NCBI GenBank assembly: GCA_963575745.1
Contig: CAUYUJ010000334.1
Location: 62,001 to 115,212 of the forward strand
DNA from: Prorocentrum cordatum
Taxonomy: Eukaryota
Direction of reading: 5' to 3'
DNA: 53,212 bases
The position numbers and the translations under genes are program-made. The notes below the pieces were generated by a model. The model was not told where the DNA came from. It saw only the letters and a program-made list of their open reading frames with translations, and ran no database searches. This document shows positions 35,749 to 48,549 of this stretch, in pieces. Position 1 is the stretch's first letter, and each line of letters opens with the position of its first letter.

Positions 35749-36460
35749 GGTTAGCGGCCCGTTCCAGAAGCCCTGAACACCAGAAAACTACGTCTCCTGG
35801 TGTGGGAGGGCGGCACCTACGGCCCGACCTGGGGCAGACCATCCTTCAAGAACATGAGGCCCTCCGCGGGCCAAGCTGAAGAACATTCGAGGGTGCCCTC
35901 CCCCGGGATGCACAAGAACATCCGACAAGCACGAAGAACACCACGGTACCCTCAACCGAACCGACCTCGATCCGATACGCCTCGGTCCGACCGTGCTTCC
36001 ACCGGCAGGGAGAGAGGCAGCAGCTCCTCGACCCCTCGAGGGGGGAGGTCTGGAGCGCCCCGCGTGTAGCCAGCGCTCGATTTTCGGGCTGGCGGCGCCA
36101 AGTGCCCCTCCGCCTCCTCCTCCTCCTCCTCCTCCTCCTCCTCCGCCTTCTCAACCTCCTCCTCCTCCTCCACCTCCCCCTCCCTCCTCCCCCTCCCCCT
36201 CCCCCTCCCCCTCCTCCTCCTCCTCCTCCTCCTCCCTCCTCCTCCTCCTCCTCCTCCTCCTCCTCCTCCTCCTCCTCCTCCTCCCCTGGCTGGCCGCGTC
36301 GCGCGCGCGCGCCCACAGACTCTGAGCCCAGAGAGCGAGCGGGCACGCGCGGGGGCAGGCGTGCCTGGCTGCGGCGGCGGCGGCTGCGCGGCCACGGTCC
36401 AGGCCGTCCTCGCGAGCAGGGCCTCATCCTCCATCCTCCTGGAATCCTCCTCTCGGACGC

Positions 36461-36636
36461 TGGGCGAAGGCTGGCAAATCCGTGGCTGCTAAAACGCTCT
36501 TCCCGGAAGAAAAAAAAACAGATTCCCGGAATCAAGGTCGGCGCGCGAAAGACTAAACGGGCTGCTCCCTGGAGGAGAAACCAATTGCTGCCCGGAGCTC
36601 CGTTTCAGCAGCCACGGCTTTGCCAGCCTTCGCCTG
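36461..36636. mobile_element. MITE-like element with ~35-bp TIR
   Basis: GGCGAAGGCTGGCAAATCCGTGGCTGCTAAAACG / CGTTTCAGCAGCCACGGCTTTGCCAGCCTTCGCC; TSD unclear. Confidence 0.6.
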
Positions 36637-38101
36637 GCTTCTGGCCCTCTTCCTCGACCTCCTGCCGCGGCTGCTGATGCTGCACCTGGGGAACCATGGC
36701 TCGTCCCCACAACATCTCCGAGGTAGCTAGGGGACGCAACATGTTGCTCAGACGCGCCACCGTTGCCTTCAGGCCCGCTTCGCCACTTCCCGGGCCGGCT
36801 CTGCTTCACCACGTCCTCGCTGCTTTCCCTTGCTGCTTTTCTGCCGTCCTCCTCCTTGTCCTCGTCCCTGTCCTCCTCCTTGTCCTCGTCCCTGTCCTCC
36901 TCCGCTCCTCCTCCATTGCCAGCTGTTGCGTCGTGGGATGCCCTTCCTATCAGCTGGGATGCCGGCTCATCTCACAATCGTGGCAAGGCTGCGAAACAGC
37001 CTTGGCCATGCCCAGCCAGCGGTGCAGCGCCACGCAGAAGCAAGAACAACAAGGGTCCAGACCGAGAGAGGAGGCGCCCCCTGAGATCCGACGCTGCGTA
37101 CAAATTGCAAAATCGCGAAAAATCACGACCCGAGCCCCAGGACCCATCTTTGTGCGCCATGTTTCCGAGCTGGATAGATCTGTGATGGTCCTGAAGGCCC
37201 GAAAATGTGCGAAAATGCCCAATGTAAAAGAACTGCATCGCCCGACTCTCAAGGGAGGAGGAGTCGTTGTCTGGAAAGGGGCCCCTGCTTGGATCACCGC
37301 GAAAGTTGCTAAAGTGATGAGGGAGCTATACGTGGATGCTAATGTGGGTTGTATCTAGCCTGCCCTAGCCTATACATGGTTTTTAGTGCTCATTAGTGAC
37401 TCAAGCAAATTAGCAGAGCGATGGGCGCCGCCCACTTCGTCCAAACCTCCGCCCCCCATAAGCCGCTTATGGGGATTGGCAGAGAACACTGTAAGCTAAG
37501 TTCGGCCAAGTGTAGTCCACCGCGGCATCCCCCCCGAACCCCTTAGCATCCCTCGGGGAAAACGATGGGGGCGAACAGCCCAGGGGAGGGACACGGAGGC
37601 TCGCGGGCGAAGGCGTGCAAAGCCCGCTCCTGGGCTACTCGCCCCTGCCGTCGGCGCCGACCCATCCCCTTGGCAACCCCAGCGATGATCCGAGTGCCCC
37701 CGTGGAGGGCCGCCCTGGGCGTGGCCAGGCCGGCGCGCGCGCCGCGCGCCCCCGCACCGGACGCCGTGGCGACGGCCAGGGAGTCCGGCGGAGCGGCTCC
37801 GCCGGCCTCGCGCGCCCGAGCCCCCCCGTGCGCAGATGTCCCCTGACAGCCTCGCGCTGCGCAGGAATTGTTGTTTTTTTTGAGGGGGGGCTTCCCTGGG
37901 CTCTCTCCCAAGGCCCCCAGGCCGTCGAGCAAAGGCCTCTTGGGCGCCGCTGACGTCGGGGGCGAGCAGTGGAGGGGGGAAGAAAGGCGCCGTTTTCGGG
38001 CCCTCGAGGCCTCCTTAGGGGCCCTAAAGGGCACCTTCGGGGCCCTCAGAAGCCCTGACGCTGCAGCCCCTGCCAGCGCCCCACATTTAGCGCCCTCCTG
38101 T

Positions 38102-38219
38102 CACGCGAGGCCCACAAGTGGGTCGGGGTGAACAACGGCTCCGGGGGATGAGCAACGGTCCACGCGAGGCCCACAAGCGGGTCGGGGTGAACAACAGCTC
38201 TGGGGGATGAGCAACGGTC
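38102..38219. repeat. Tandem duplication, 59 bp x2
   Basis: CACGCGAGGCCCACAAG...GATGAGCAACGGTC occurs twice. Confidence 0.85.
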
Positions 38220-41200
38220 CCGGGGGGGGCAGTCGTCCGATGAGCCTCTCTCGCGCCCTTCGCCGCCCGCTCAGGTGCGGGTGTTGGTGCCCGAGGCGTC
38301 CCCAGTCCACCCCCCGCGTCCTCTCGTTGCTGGAAGATCGCGGCGGATGGGTCTCTGGGCGTCGATCAATGGGGGGGCGATGCATGTGGAGGAGGATCAA
38401 TCATTTTTTTCGGGCCCTCGAGGCCACCTTGTGGGCCCTGAAGTGCCACGCAGGGGCCCCAGCGGGCTCCTTCTCTGCGGTTCTCGCTGGCCCCCGCTAT
38501 TTATCGTCCCCCCCCCCATGCACGCGCACGCGCGACGCCCAGGGCGTCGGCAATTTCCAGCCTCCGGAAGCCAGCGCCGCGGGGCCATCAAAAAACGAAT
38601 CGGGGCAAGAACATCTGGTCCTGGGGAAGTGGTCCAGATCTCTGGCGGGCCACCTTTGCAGGGGCCCTGGGACACGGGGCACTCGTGCTCGCGAAGGCCG
38701 CTCGCGCAGGCAGGGGGGGGAGGAGGAGGGGGAGGGGGAGGAGGAGAGGAGGGGGAGGAGGAGAGGAGGGGAGGAGGAGGGAGGAGGAGGAGAGGAGGAG
38801 GAGGAGGAGGAGGAGGAGGAGGAGGAGGAGAGTGGCTCACATCTTTTTCTCGGCATCGTGCGCCTCGAGCGCCAGTGTCTGGCGCAGGGCTCGGCCGCAG
38901 CGCCTGCCGCGGCGGCGTGCCCCCCCCCCCCCCCCCAGCTGCAGGAAGGCGCGCCGCAGCGCGGCCCTGCCCCGCCTGCGGCGAGTGCTTCCAGGACTGT
39001 GCGGGCGAGACCCTGAGAGGCGGAGGCCCCTCGAGGGGCCCGCGGCGGCGGCCCCGCCGGGGGCCGGGAAAGACTTGAGCACACAGAGTTGCGGAGAGGA
39101 GCGGGGAAGAGACAAGAGGGCGAAACGCGGCCCGGGCCCATGGGCCCAAACCCACCGTTACAATTTATATTTAACGATTACGTTCTCCCCAAGGGCCTGC
39201 GCGCCCCAGGGGGGGCGGGCGGGGCGCAGGAGGATGGGGTGGCCCACATCTTTTTCCCAGCATCGTGCGCCTCGAGCGCCAATGTCTGGCGCGGAGCCCC
39301 AGCCGCGGCGCCCTGGCGCGGCGGCGTGCCTCTCCTGGGGGCGCGCGCGGCAGCTCGCGCGCCCTCGCGCTCCAACGGGTCGCCGCGTGCGGCTGGGCTT
39401 CGGCGCGCCGCGCCCAGCCTCGCCAGCGGCCCCGCTGGCGCCAAAGCGGTGCCTCTCGCCGCCGCCGCGGGATCTGCGGCCCTTACCCGCTCCAACTGCA
39501 GCGCCGCTCTGGCGGCACTTCCGCGGTCTCCTCGGAATGCTTTGCTGCTCCCCCCCGTCGCGGCCGCCGCCGCGGCCCGGCGCCCCCTCTCCTCCGAAAG
39601 GGGCAACTGCCCCGCAGCATCCCGTCAATGCCGCCGCCGCCGCGGCTTTGGGGGCGGGCGCCGCGTTCCGTCAAGGCTGCCGCCGCAGCTTCCTCTACCT
39701 CGAGACTCCCCCATGCTGCTGTGCGGTGGGCCCCCCCCCCCGCCCACCGTCATGGCCGCCGCCGCGGCTTGGCCATTTTATTCTCCGCGCTGGCCTGCCA
39801 CGGCCAGTCAGCCACATCCTCTCTCGCGTCGATCAGCTGGTCGCATCATGCTCCTCCTCCTCCTCCTCTTTCCCCCTCCCCCCCCCCCCCCCCCCCCCCT
39901 CCCCCTCCCCCTCCCCCTCCCCCTCCCCCTCCCCCTCCCCCTCCCCCTCCCCTCCCCCTCCCTCCCCCTCCCCTCCCCCTCCCCTCCCCCTCCCCCTCCT
40001 CCCTTCCTCCTCCTCCTCCTCCTCCTCCTCCTCCTCCTCCTCCTCCTCCTCCTCCTCCTCCTCCTCCTCCTTTCCCTCTCTACAACCTGCCTCCTTCTCG
40101 GTCGCGCCCGAATGCCTTCTGCGCTGGGACCTGGGCCGCGGCCCGCGCCGTCACCTCCCTGTCTATGCTGCGCACTCCCGCTTTGGGGGTTCCCGCTGCC
40201 GCGCCGCCCTCCAGCCTCGTTGAAGCCTCGTCGACCATGGTGCTGGCTAGCCCCCGAGCGGCGCCCGTCCTGCCAATGCCTGCTCGCCCGCGCCATCACT
40301 GAGGCTCTCCTCATCACAACGGCCGACCCACCCATCCGCTGCCAAATCTCCTCGGCCCCCCACTGTCTCACTGCGGGCACGGGTCTCTGCCGTCCATCGC
40401 CGGGGCCCGCTCGCTTGGCTGCGCGCTCGCGGCGCTCGCCCATGGCCCAAGGGCAGGGCCATCCACGCCGTGCGCTATCTCCTTGGCGCCCCCCTCTCTC
40501 TCTTGCCAGTGCCCGCGTGGCCTAGGGCCGTTGGGTCCTCCGCACCTCGGCGTCTGAAGGTCGAGCGCCGGCCCCCCTTCCGGGCTCGTCGACGGCGCCG
40601 CCCTTCGTCCTGCCCTGCCCAGGCAGCTCCTCGTGCTCTGCGCCGCTCCCTTCAGCGGAAACAATGAAGCGGTCTGCAGGCTCTCCTCCCTCTGCCCTCG
40701 GACGGCCGCCGCGAGCCTCCTCCTCCTTCAGACAAGCGCGTTCCACTACTCGCGAAGCAGCTGCTCGCAAATGGCCTTTATCCCCTGCAGGGGATTCACG
40801 ACATGTAACGCAAAGGCAGACGCATGGTTTTTAGGACGTCTGCGAGTAGGCGCTTTGCGAGTGGTGGGACGCGCTCGGCGATCCTCGCCGTGGCGTCGTT
40901 GAAGCCCGAGCAGGCGTCCCGTGCCGGCCTGGCCTTCTCGCTCATGGTGTTGAAGCGTCCTCGCCATGGGCGTGCTCGCTGCCTTGCTGGGCAGGTGCGC
41001 GTGGGCGCTGGTGCACGGCAGGGCCCCGCCCCTCTGGGCAATCTGGGCCATCGGAGGAAACCCAGGCTCCCGCGGTGCGCAAGCCTAGACAAAGGACAAA
41101 AAATTAGAGAGCACCCTCCTTCCCCTGCTGCTCCTCGCGGCCCTGCCCCACCACCCAAGCTTGCTTGGTCTTCTGCTGGAGGCGCCCTTGCGGAGCGCTC

Positions 41201-41292
41201 CCGTGACCACGTCCGGGCGGTCCCCGGCGCTCGGGCGCGGCGGGGCCTCGCGGCTGGGCCCGGCACCCGGCGCGTGTGCCCGCCTTGGCCGC

Positions 41293-41469
41293 GCAGGTCG
41301 GGCCTGTCCCCCTGCAGGCGGGGTTTGGGCGAACGCGAAAAACTGCTCAGTAAATACCCCCAAATGGGCAAACATAGTAAACGAAATCGTCGCCAGACTT
41401 TTTTTTTTTTTTTTGGTTTGTTTGGCAATTTGTGAACGTTCCTCCTGTAGAGGGACGTGCCCGACTTGA
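41293..41469 (+). mobile_element. MITE family A copy
   Basis: Both TIRs and interior; no TSD seen. Confidence 0.78.
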
Positions 41470-42839
41470 GCGTACTTCAGCAGGGCCCCGCCCGCGAGGT
41501 GCTCGAGGCTCTCGTCGAAGATGCACCCCTCGGGTGATCGCCGCGCCTATCCTGGCGTGCACCGTGGAGAGCCTGGCGCCGCCAGTGCTCTGTCTCCTCG
41601 CTTCGCCAGCTCGCTCGCCTTGTCTGGGCCGCGGCTCGCGTGCTTCTGGAGGAGGTCCTGGGCCTCTGGGGGCCTTCTGGTCCTCCCGGTTGGGTCCTGT
41701 GGACGCCCTGGCCGGAGGGCGCGCACGGTCAGGTCTGGAGGCAGATTTCTTCGCCCTTCGTGCCCGGAGGGAGCGGCGAGGGAAGGGGCAGAGGAGGAGG
41801 AGGAGGAGGAGGAGGAGGAGGAGGAGGAGGAGGAGGAGGAGGAGGAGGAGAGGAGGAGGAGGAGGAGGGGAGGAGGAGGAGGAGGAGGAGGAGGAGGAGG
41901 AGAGGAGGCGGAGGAGGAGGGAGGAGGGAGGGAGGAGGAGGGAGAGGAGGAGGAGGAGGGTAGGAGGAGGAGGAGGAGGAGGAGGAGGAGGAGGAGGGAG
42001 GAGGGAGGAGGGAGGAGGAGGGAGGAGGGAGGAGGGAGGAGGTAGGAGGGAGGAGGGGAGGAGGGGGAGGAGGGTAGGGAGGGAGGAGAGGAGTAGGAGG
42101 AGGGAGGGGAGAGGAGGAGGAGGAGGGGAGGAGGGAGGAGGAGGAGGAGGTGAGGAGGGGAGGAGAAGGGGGAGGGGAGGAGGAGGAGGAGGAGGAGGAG
42201 GAGGAGGAGGGGGAGGGGGGAGGAGGAGGAGGTCGTGGAAGGCCCTCGCGGCCTCGTCCACCTCGGCCTGGCGGGCCACGGCCGAGCCAGGCGCGGGGGC
42301 CCGCGCTATGGCCACGCCCGCCCTGAAAGGCGGAGGCCTCTCGGGGGGCCCACGACGGCGGTCCCCCGTTCCTGTCTTCCTCCTCCTCCTCCTCCTCCTC
42401 CTCCGCGTCCTCTTCCGCCTCCTCCTTCTCCTCGCTCCTCGCTCCTCCTCCTCTTCCTCCTCCTCCTCCTCCTCCTCCCTAGGGGCCAAGGAAGACTTGA
42501 GCACAAACGGTTGCGGAGAGGAACGGGGGAGGGAGAATAAGGCGAAACGCGGCGAAGCATGGCCACAAGAATGTGGATCAAGAGGGGCCGAGGGACGGTA
42601 GGAAGCGAGCGAGACCTGACGGACGAAGCAAGGATGGAGCGGACCAAGGGACCGAGGGCTCGTGGAGATACCCCTAGCGAGGACCATCCCAAGGTGGAGA
42701 CCCAGGGGACGAAAAGCACGAGGGCATCCCTCCGAAGCTAATGCCGTTCTCAGCCCTCGTGCCGTCGCCGTCGCCGTCGCTGTCGCCGCGCCGCCGCCAT
42801 CGCCGCCGCCACCGCCGCCGCCACCGCCACCGCCGTCGC

Positions 42840-42893
<54 letters not shown>

Positions 42894-43067
42894 CCGCGCC
42901 GCGTGCGCTCTGCCCTCCGAGCCACCGCGCCGGAGGGCCACCCCGCCTCATCCCGCTCGGCCATCTCCGAGCGAGGCGGCCGGGAGTGCGGCCGTCCTGC
43001 TGCCATACGTGCGATGCTTGTCTCAGCGTCTTCACTGTAGAGGCCCGCCCCGGACCTCCCAGAAAGT

Positions 43068-43267
43068 TCGGGAGCGGCCAAGAGGGGGGATGTCCAAGAG
43101 GGGGGGGTGCAGATCAGATCATGGCCGGCGGCATGTGCGCGGCCCAGCGGGGGGGCCAGGGACGTCATGGAACAAGACGAGGCGCCCTGAAATCTGGGGG
43201 AGTATCATGGCCCCCGCCATGAGATCCCCCCCCCCCTGGTCATGACCCCCCTCTTTGCCGCCCCCGA
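43068..43267. mobile_element. MITE with TCGGG...CCCGA termini and 5-bp TSD
   Basis: TIR TCGGGAGCGGCCAAGAGGGGGG / CCCCCCTCTTTGCCGCCCCCGA; TSD AAAGT; related copy at ~20875-21240; 3' half plus flank duplicated at ~43392-43484. Confidence 0.82.
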
Positions 43268-45172
43268 AAAGTCAGCCCCTGGCTTGTCGTCAGGCTGCTC
43301 CTCCTCCTCCTCCTTCTCCTCATCCTCCGCTTCCTCCCCCCACTCCTAGCCCTTTCGATCAGGGTCGGCGGCACCGGCCGTCAGGCCTCTCCAATCTGAG
43401 GAAGTATCATAGCCCCCGCCATGATATCCCCCCCCTAGTCATGACCCCCCTCTTTGGCCGCCCCCGAAAAGTCAGCCCCTGGCTGGTCCTCGGGCTGCTT
43501 GGGCGTGCCCAGCGCCGCCGTCTGCCCCACCTGGATCTCGCCCATCGGCTGCCGCGGGGCCTGCCCGCGGGCAGGGGGGGGGGTCCTGCGCCCCCTCCTC
43601 CCCCATCATCAACCTACATCATCCTCTCCTCCTCCTCCTCCCCTCCTCCTCCTCCTCCTCCTCCTCCATCCTCCTCCTCTCCCCTCCTCCTACTTCTCCT
43701 CCTGCTCCTCCTCCTCTCCCTTCCCCTCCCCCTACTCCTCCCCCTGCTGCTCCTCCTCGCCCTCCTTCTCCTCCTCCTCTTCCTCCTCTTCTTCCTCCTC
43801 CTCCGCGACAGGAGGCGCACAGAGACAGACTGAGGCCGAGACGGGCAAAGACGGACACCGCAGCACCGACAGAGGCAGAGACGGGCACACGCACAGGCAA
43901 GCGCAAGGGGTCAGAGGCAGTTCTCGGGCGGAAAGCGGCACGACATGAGCTCTTCTGCCACTGGGGAGGCCTGCCCCAGGGCGGCCGTACGATGGCATGA
44001 TGGGGGGTCGACTTTCCAACCGCCCTGGGACAAGCGTCCCCGACGGCGGAACACATCATCTTCTGCCGTTCTGCGCCAACTCAGCCGACACACACCATTA
44101 CCGCCACGAAGCGGTCCATCCTGAAAGAAATGGGTCCTGGTCTTTTTCGCTGTTTCGTGGCCTCGGGGCCCTCCCCCGGCCCAGGAACCGTCAGGATCAA
44201 TCGCTGGCCCCGCAGAGAAACTCCGGGGTCTTGGACCCGCTCTTCCCTCATGACCCGCCTGCCTCATCCCAAGAGGACAGGCGCAGGCATGCACAGTGGT
44301 CAGTTGCTCGTTCTAGGGATCTCCCTGGAGCCACTCGCTCCACGAATGCGTTGATGCTGCGCCGAACGTCCGTCGACTTGAATCGAAATTGAGTCGTACT
44401 AGAGTGGAACTGGAGTCGAACAGAGACCCATTAGGTGGGCCCGGGTTCGTTGCTGGGCGCTCTTCTTGCCATCGCTCGGACGTCCACTCCTGGTGCATTT
44501 GTCGGTTTCGTGCGTGTATTTCTTGCACGATGATCACGGCTGCTCCTCGATGGTCCTCGCCAAGGAAACACGCACACGTCCGAGCGATGCCAAGTTTTAC
44601 GGCGGCAAGACTAGCCCGAGGCCGCCGTGACGATCCACGAAGAACCCCTAAGCCAGTGCCGAGACTATTCCAAACGGGCCAAGGGACCCCAGCGGATGCC
44701 AAGACGCCAAAAACAATTGAACCACGTGATAAATCTTTTGGAACATGGTTCTGTGGACCCCGAGGCAGCGGGAGAAAGAACGTTCCAACACCCCCCAACC
44801 AAGAAACCCCAAAGAAAACCCAACAGTGCCCTAACACTGCCAACGATCGCCCCACGACGGCCCTGGGACTGCCAATAATTCCTGAGGCGTCAAGGTAGCT
44901 CCAAGAAGCCCTGAAGAGACCCCTCTAGCAACGCCAATTCAGCACATGTTTGAATATTGGCGCTCCAATTCTTTCGGCCCAAACCAGTTCCAAAAAAGCT
45001 TCAACAACTGGCCCCGAACAGCCCCGACAAGATGCCCCATGCCGCCCGACGACCACACGGGTCTCAGGAGAACACGCGGATCACGCAACTTGTCTGGCAA
45101 CGACAGACGTTCAACTGTCCGAGGGAGCAGCATGAAGGAGCGAGGTTGATGGGGGACGGATCGGGGGTACTG

Positions 45173-45330
45173 TTAGGTCGGGCGTGTCCTCCTACAGGTG
45201 GATTTTGAGGCGGATTTTGGACGAAAAATAAAAAAGAGCAAGAAATATTGAAAACATGCTCAAAAATACTAGAAACATCGTCCAGACCATTTTCCTATTT
45301 TCCCCCTGTAGAGGGACATGCCCGACTTAA
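45173..45330 (+). mobile_element. MITE family A copy
   Basis: TTAGGTCGGGC...GCCCGACTTAA; exact TSD GGGTACTG. Confidence 0.88.
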
Positions 45331-45507
45331 GGGTACTGGCCCAGGGGGGGGGGGACATCGACCTGGAACCGGCGATGCATCAACAGATGCGCGGGCGATG
45401 CGCCTCCGATGGCAAAAAACCGTACGTTCCTAGGCGGGATGTGGCCTCGGCGAGCAGTGGGCGATTGGAGATCGATGCGTGCACCCCTGAGCCCGTGCCC
45501 CCTAACG

Positions 45508-47146
45508 TTAGGTCGGGCGTGTCCTCCTACAGGCGGATTTGGACGAACACATAAAACGTAGTCAGTAAATGCTGAAATGAATCAAGAGAGTCGATCCATC
45601 GTCTGCTTTGTGTTAAAAACGCATGCTTTCTTTTCATATTTGTATGTAGATGTAGGTATGCATGCATGCATGCATGCATGCATGAATGTACATACGTAGT
45701 ATGTATGCGTGTATATATGCACACACTAGAACCACCGCGCGCTTCGCGCGCGCTTAAGTTCTAGCTAGGCTTGATAAGCTAACTCATGCAATCTCATTTT
45801 GGTCGCTTCTTGCGTCCAGGGACTCCGTTGGAGGCCCTGCGCAAGCCTTGGAATCGTATAGAAGGGGGAATGCGGAAACGCAGAAATCATTAGTTTCCTT
45901 TAGGTATTCAACGATTTGGGGCCCTCAAAGGATTCCCGGGTTCTTTTTTTTTGAGGTGAAGGGGGTCTGAATTGTGGTCTGTTGTGCAAGAGTAGACCGG
46001 GGGCCAAACTTGAAAAAAAAGAAAAAGGAATTGTGGGATTTCCAATTTTTTCAAGTTCCTCGGCGCTGTTCGGCGCTGTTTTTTGTTTGTGCATCGCGGG
46101 TTTTGTTAGCCGGGCCCCTCAGGGGTGTGGGATCTTCCGGACCCCCTGGGGGTTCTGGAGGCCTCCTGGAGGCCTGGAGAGCCGCCGGAAGGGTGTCTCG
46201 GGCTGCGCGGGAGCGTGTTAGGCCGTTCTTTACGTTCTGGGGGCTCCTTAGGGTCGTCTTGGGCTGTCCTTGGGCGTCTTGGGGGCCCCCGGGAAAGCCG
46301 GGAGGCGCAGTACCGGCCAGATGTCAGGGGATGTGTGGGATCTTCCGAGTAGGAGTCCCATTTTGAAAAAAGGGAATTCTTGGAATTCTCTTTCTTTTCT
46401 CTCTCAAAATCCTCGATCTTCGAGGGTTGGAAGTGGGAAAACGCGAGAAGGCGAAAAACATTAGAAAACCATTGGAAATCAACAATTTTATATACCCTCT
46501 TTGGGCTCTCTCGGGACGGCTCTCGCGGCTCTCTTGGGCTGTTCTGGGAGCTTCGTCGGGGTCTTTTTGGAGCCTCTCAAGGATCGGGGGTGTGTTGGGG
46601 GCCTCTGGGTGGTCCCGGAGGCCTCTCGGAGGTCTCTGGAAGCCTCCTGCTCCCGCTCTTGGGCCCATCTTGGGCCTGTTCTAGGGTGTTCGGGGGCTGT
46701 CCTGGGCGCCTGTTCGGTAGTCTTGGAGCCTTCTTGGTCCGTATTGGGGCTGTCCTGAGGGTCTCTTGGTTGGTCTTGGGGCGGTCTTTGGAGCCTCTTC
46801 GGCGCTCTTGTACCGTTGGAAGCTAGAAAACGCGAGAAGCCAAAAACATAGAAACAACCAATGGAAATCGACGATTTTGGCCTCCTCGGGCCGTCCCGGG
46901 ACGCCTCTCGGACCTCTCTTGGGGTCTCTTGGAGGCCACCTGGGAGCCTCAAGAGCCGTCGGAAGGCTGACTTGGGCTGCTTGGGAGCGTCTTGGGCCAT
47001 CCTTTCGCATTCTGGGAGCTCCTGGGAGGTGTCTTGGGCCCTCCTGGAGCGCTGTGGAGGCTCCCCGGAAAGGCCGGGGGAAGGTACCGGGAGCGTTCCC
47101 GAGATGTCGCGGGAAGGTGTGGGACCCGGGGCCGGCCCCCCCCCCC

Positions 47147-47210
<64 letters not shown>

Positions 47211-47364
47211 GTTTTATGTATTTTATTTTATTATTATGGTTGTTGTTATTATCATTATGATTATTATTAGTATTTTTTATTATTAGATATATATATATAT
47301 ATATATATATATAGAAAGCTCAATTTTTGAATATTCCTCCTGCAGTGGGGCAGGCCAGACTTAA
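45508..47364 (+). mobile_element. MITE family A copy split by a ~1.6-kb insertion
   Basis: Left half at 45508-45600, right end at ~47320-47364; the host repeat (compare 30680-30900) resumes directly after 47364. Confidence 0.7.
45726..47287 (-). mobile_element. Probable non-autonomous Helitron
   Basis: Minus strand starts A|TCTAATAATAAAAAATAC and ends with hairpin CGCGCGCGAAGCGCGCG, GTGGTT, CTAG|T; no TSD; no Rep/helicase ORF. The 5' boundary lies in low-complexity AT sequence and is less certain. Confidence 0.55.
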
Positions 47365-47989
47365 ACCTATCCCCCCTAACCTTGCCCTTGATTCCACTCT
47401 TTCGTCCAACCCGGGCGGTCCTCGTCGTCTCGTCTTCGCGCCACGGCTCGGGCCCCCGCCGGCCGTGTCGGCACCGTCCCGGCACCCACCCGGACGCCCC
47501 TCGGCGAGGCGCAGCTGCTGGAGAGCACCTCGCGAGGCTGGAGACCCGCTGCCTGACATCCACCGATGGTGAGCGTCTTCTTCGTCGGCGTTTCGACGTT
47601 GGGCCTCCTCCTCCTCCTCCTCCTCCTCCTCCTCCTCCTCCTCCTCCTCCTCCTCCTCCTCCTCCTCCTACCGTCCTCCTCCTCCTCCTACCGTCCTCCT
47701 CCTCCTCCTCCTAGCTGCTCCTCGTCCTCCTAGGGGAGGGGGTCTGGCTCCGGACCTCTGCTGAATGCGACTGTTTGCAGCAGTGCGTCCTATGCGGGGA
47801 GGCCCCACCTGCTCGAAACAGGTGCCAAGAACAGCAAAGATCTGCTCCATGGGGGGGGGCGGGGGGAAGGGGGGGTGCAAGGGCCCACGCCGATCGGCAA
47901 AACGATGAACAAGAAAAGATTACCTGACATCCACCGATGTTTGTATTTGAGAAGAAGAAGAAGAAGGAAGAACGGCATAAACATAAACG

Positions 47990-48125
47990 TTAACGCTCCG
48001 CGCGGGTTTCTTGGATCTGCGCTGGACCCCCCAACGCGCGGAGCGCGCCAAGGGCGGCGCCGCCAGGGGGGGCCCAGCGCGGATCCGAGAAATCCGCGCG
48101 GAGCGCTAAAAGTTTATGTTTATGG
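47990..48125. repeat. Foldback dispersed repeat (CCGCGCGGATTTCT...AGAAATCCGCGCGG)
   Basis: Related copies at ~790-925, ~20690-20760, ~34000-34105 and ~52030-52172. Confidence 0.65.
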
Positions 48126-48357
48126 CGTTTTTCTTCTTCGACCGATGTCTGTATTTCTAGGCTTGCAATCCGCGGCATGAAGCAGCGAAGGCCTGAGAGA
48201 ACTCGTCGAGACCAACGGGCAAACTCACCGACACGACCACCGGCTCGCCCTCCTCGTGGCCCCCGCCCGGAGAGCGCTGGGATGCTCCTGCCGGGCTGAT
48301 GCGAAAATCGGCAGGGGGAGATGCGGGAGGAGCAGCAGGAGGAGGAGCAGCAGGAGG

Positions 48358-48393
<36 letters not shown>

Positions 48394-48549
48394 AGGAGGA
48401 GGAGGAGGAGGAGGAGGAAGAGGAGGAGGAGGAGGAGGAGGAGGGCCCGACCGGGACGCCAAACAACGGGATGAGTGAACTATTCTGGCAAATGACCGAA
48501 CCATATGAGGTTGAGAATAATGCAGTTGTGATTCTCGTATTCGATGGAG

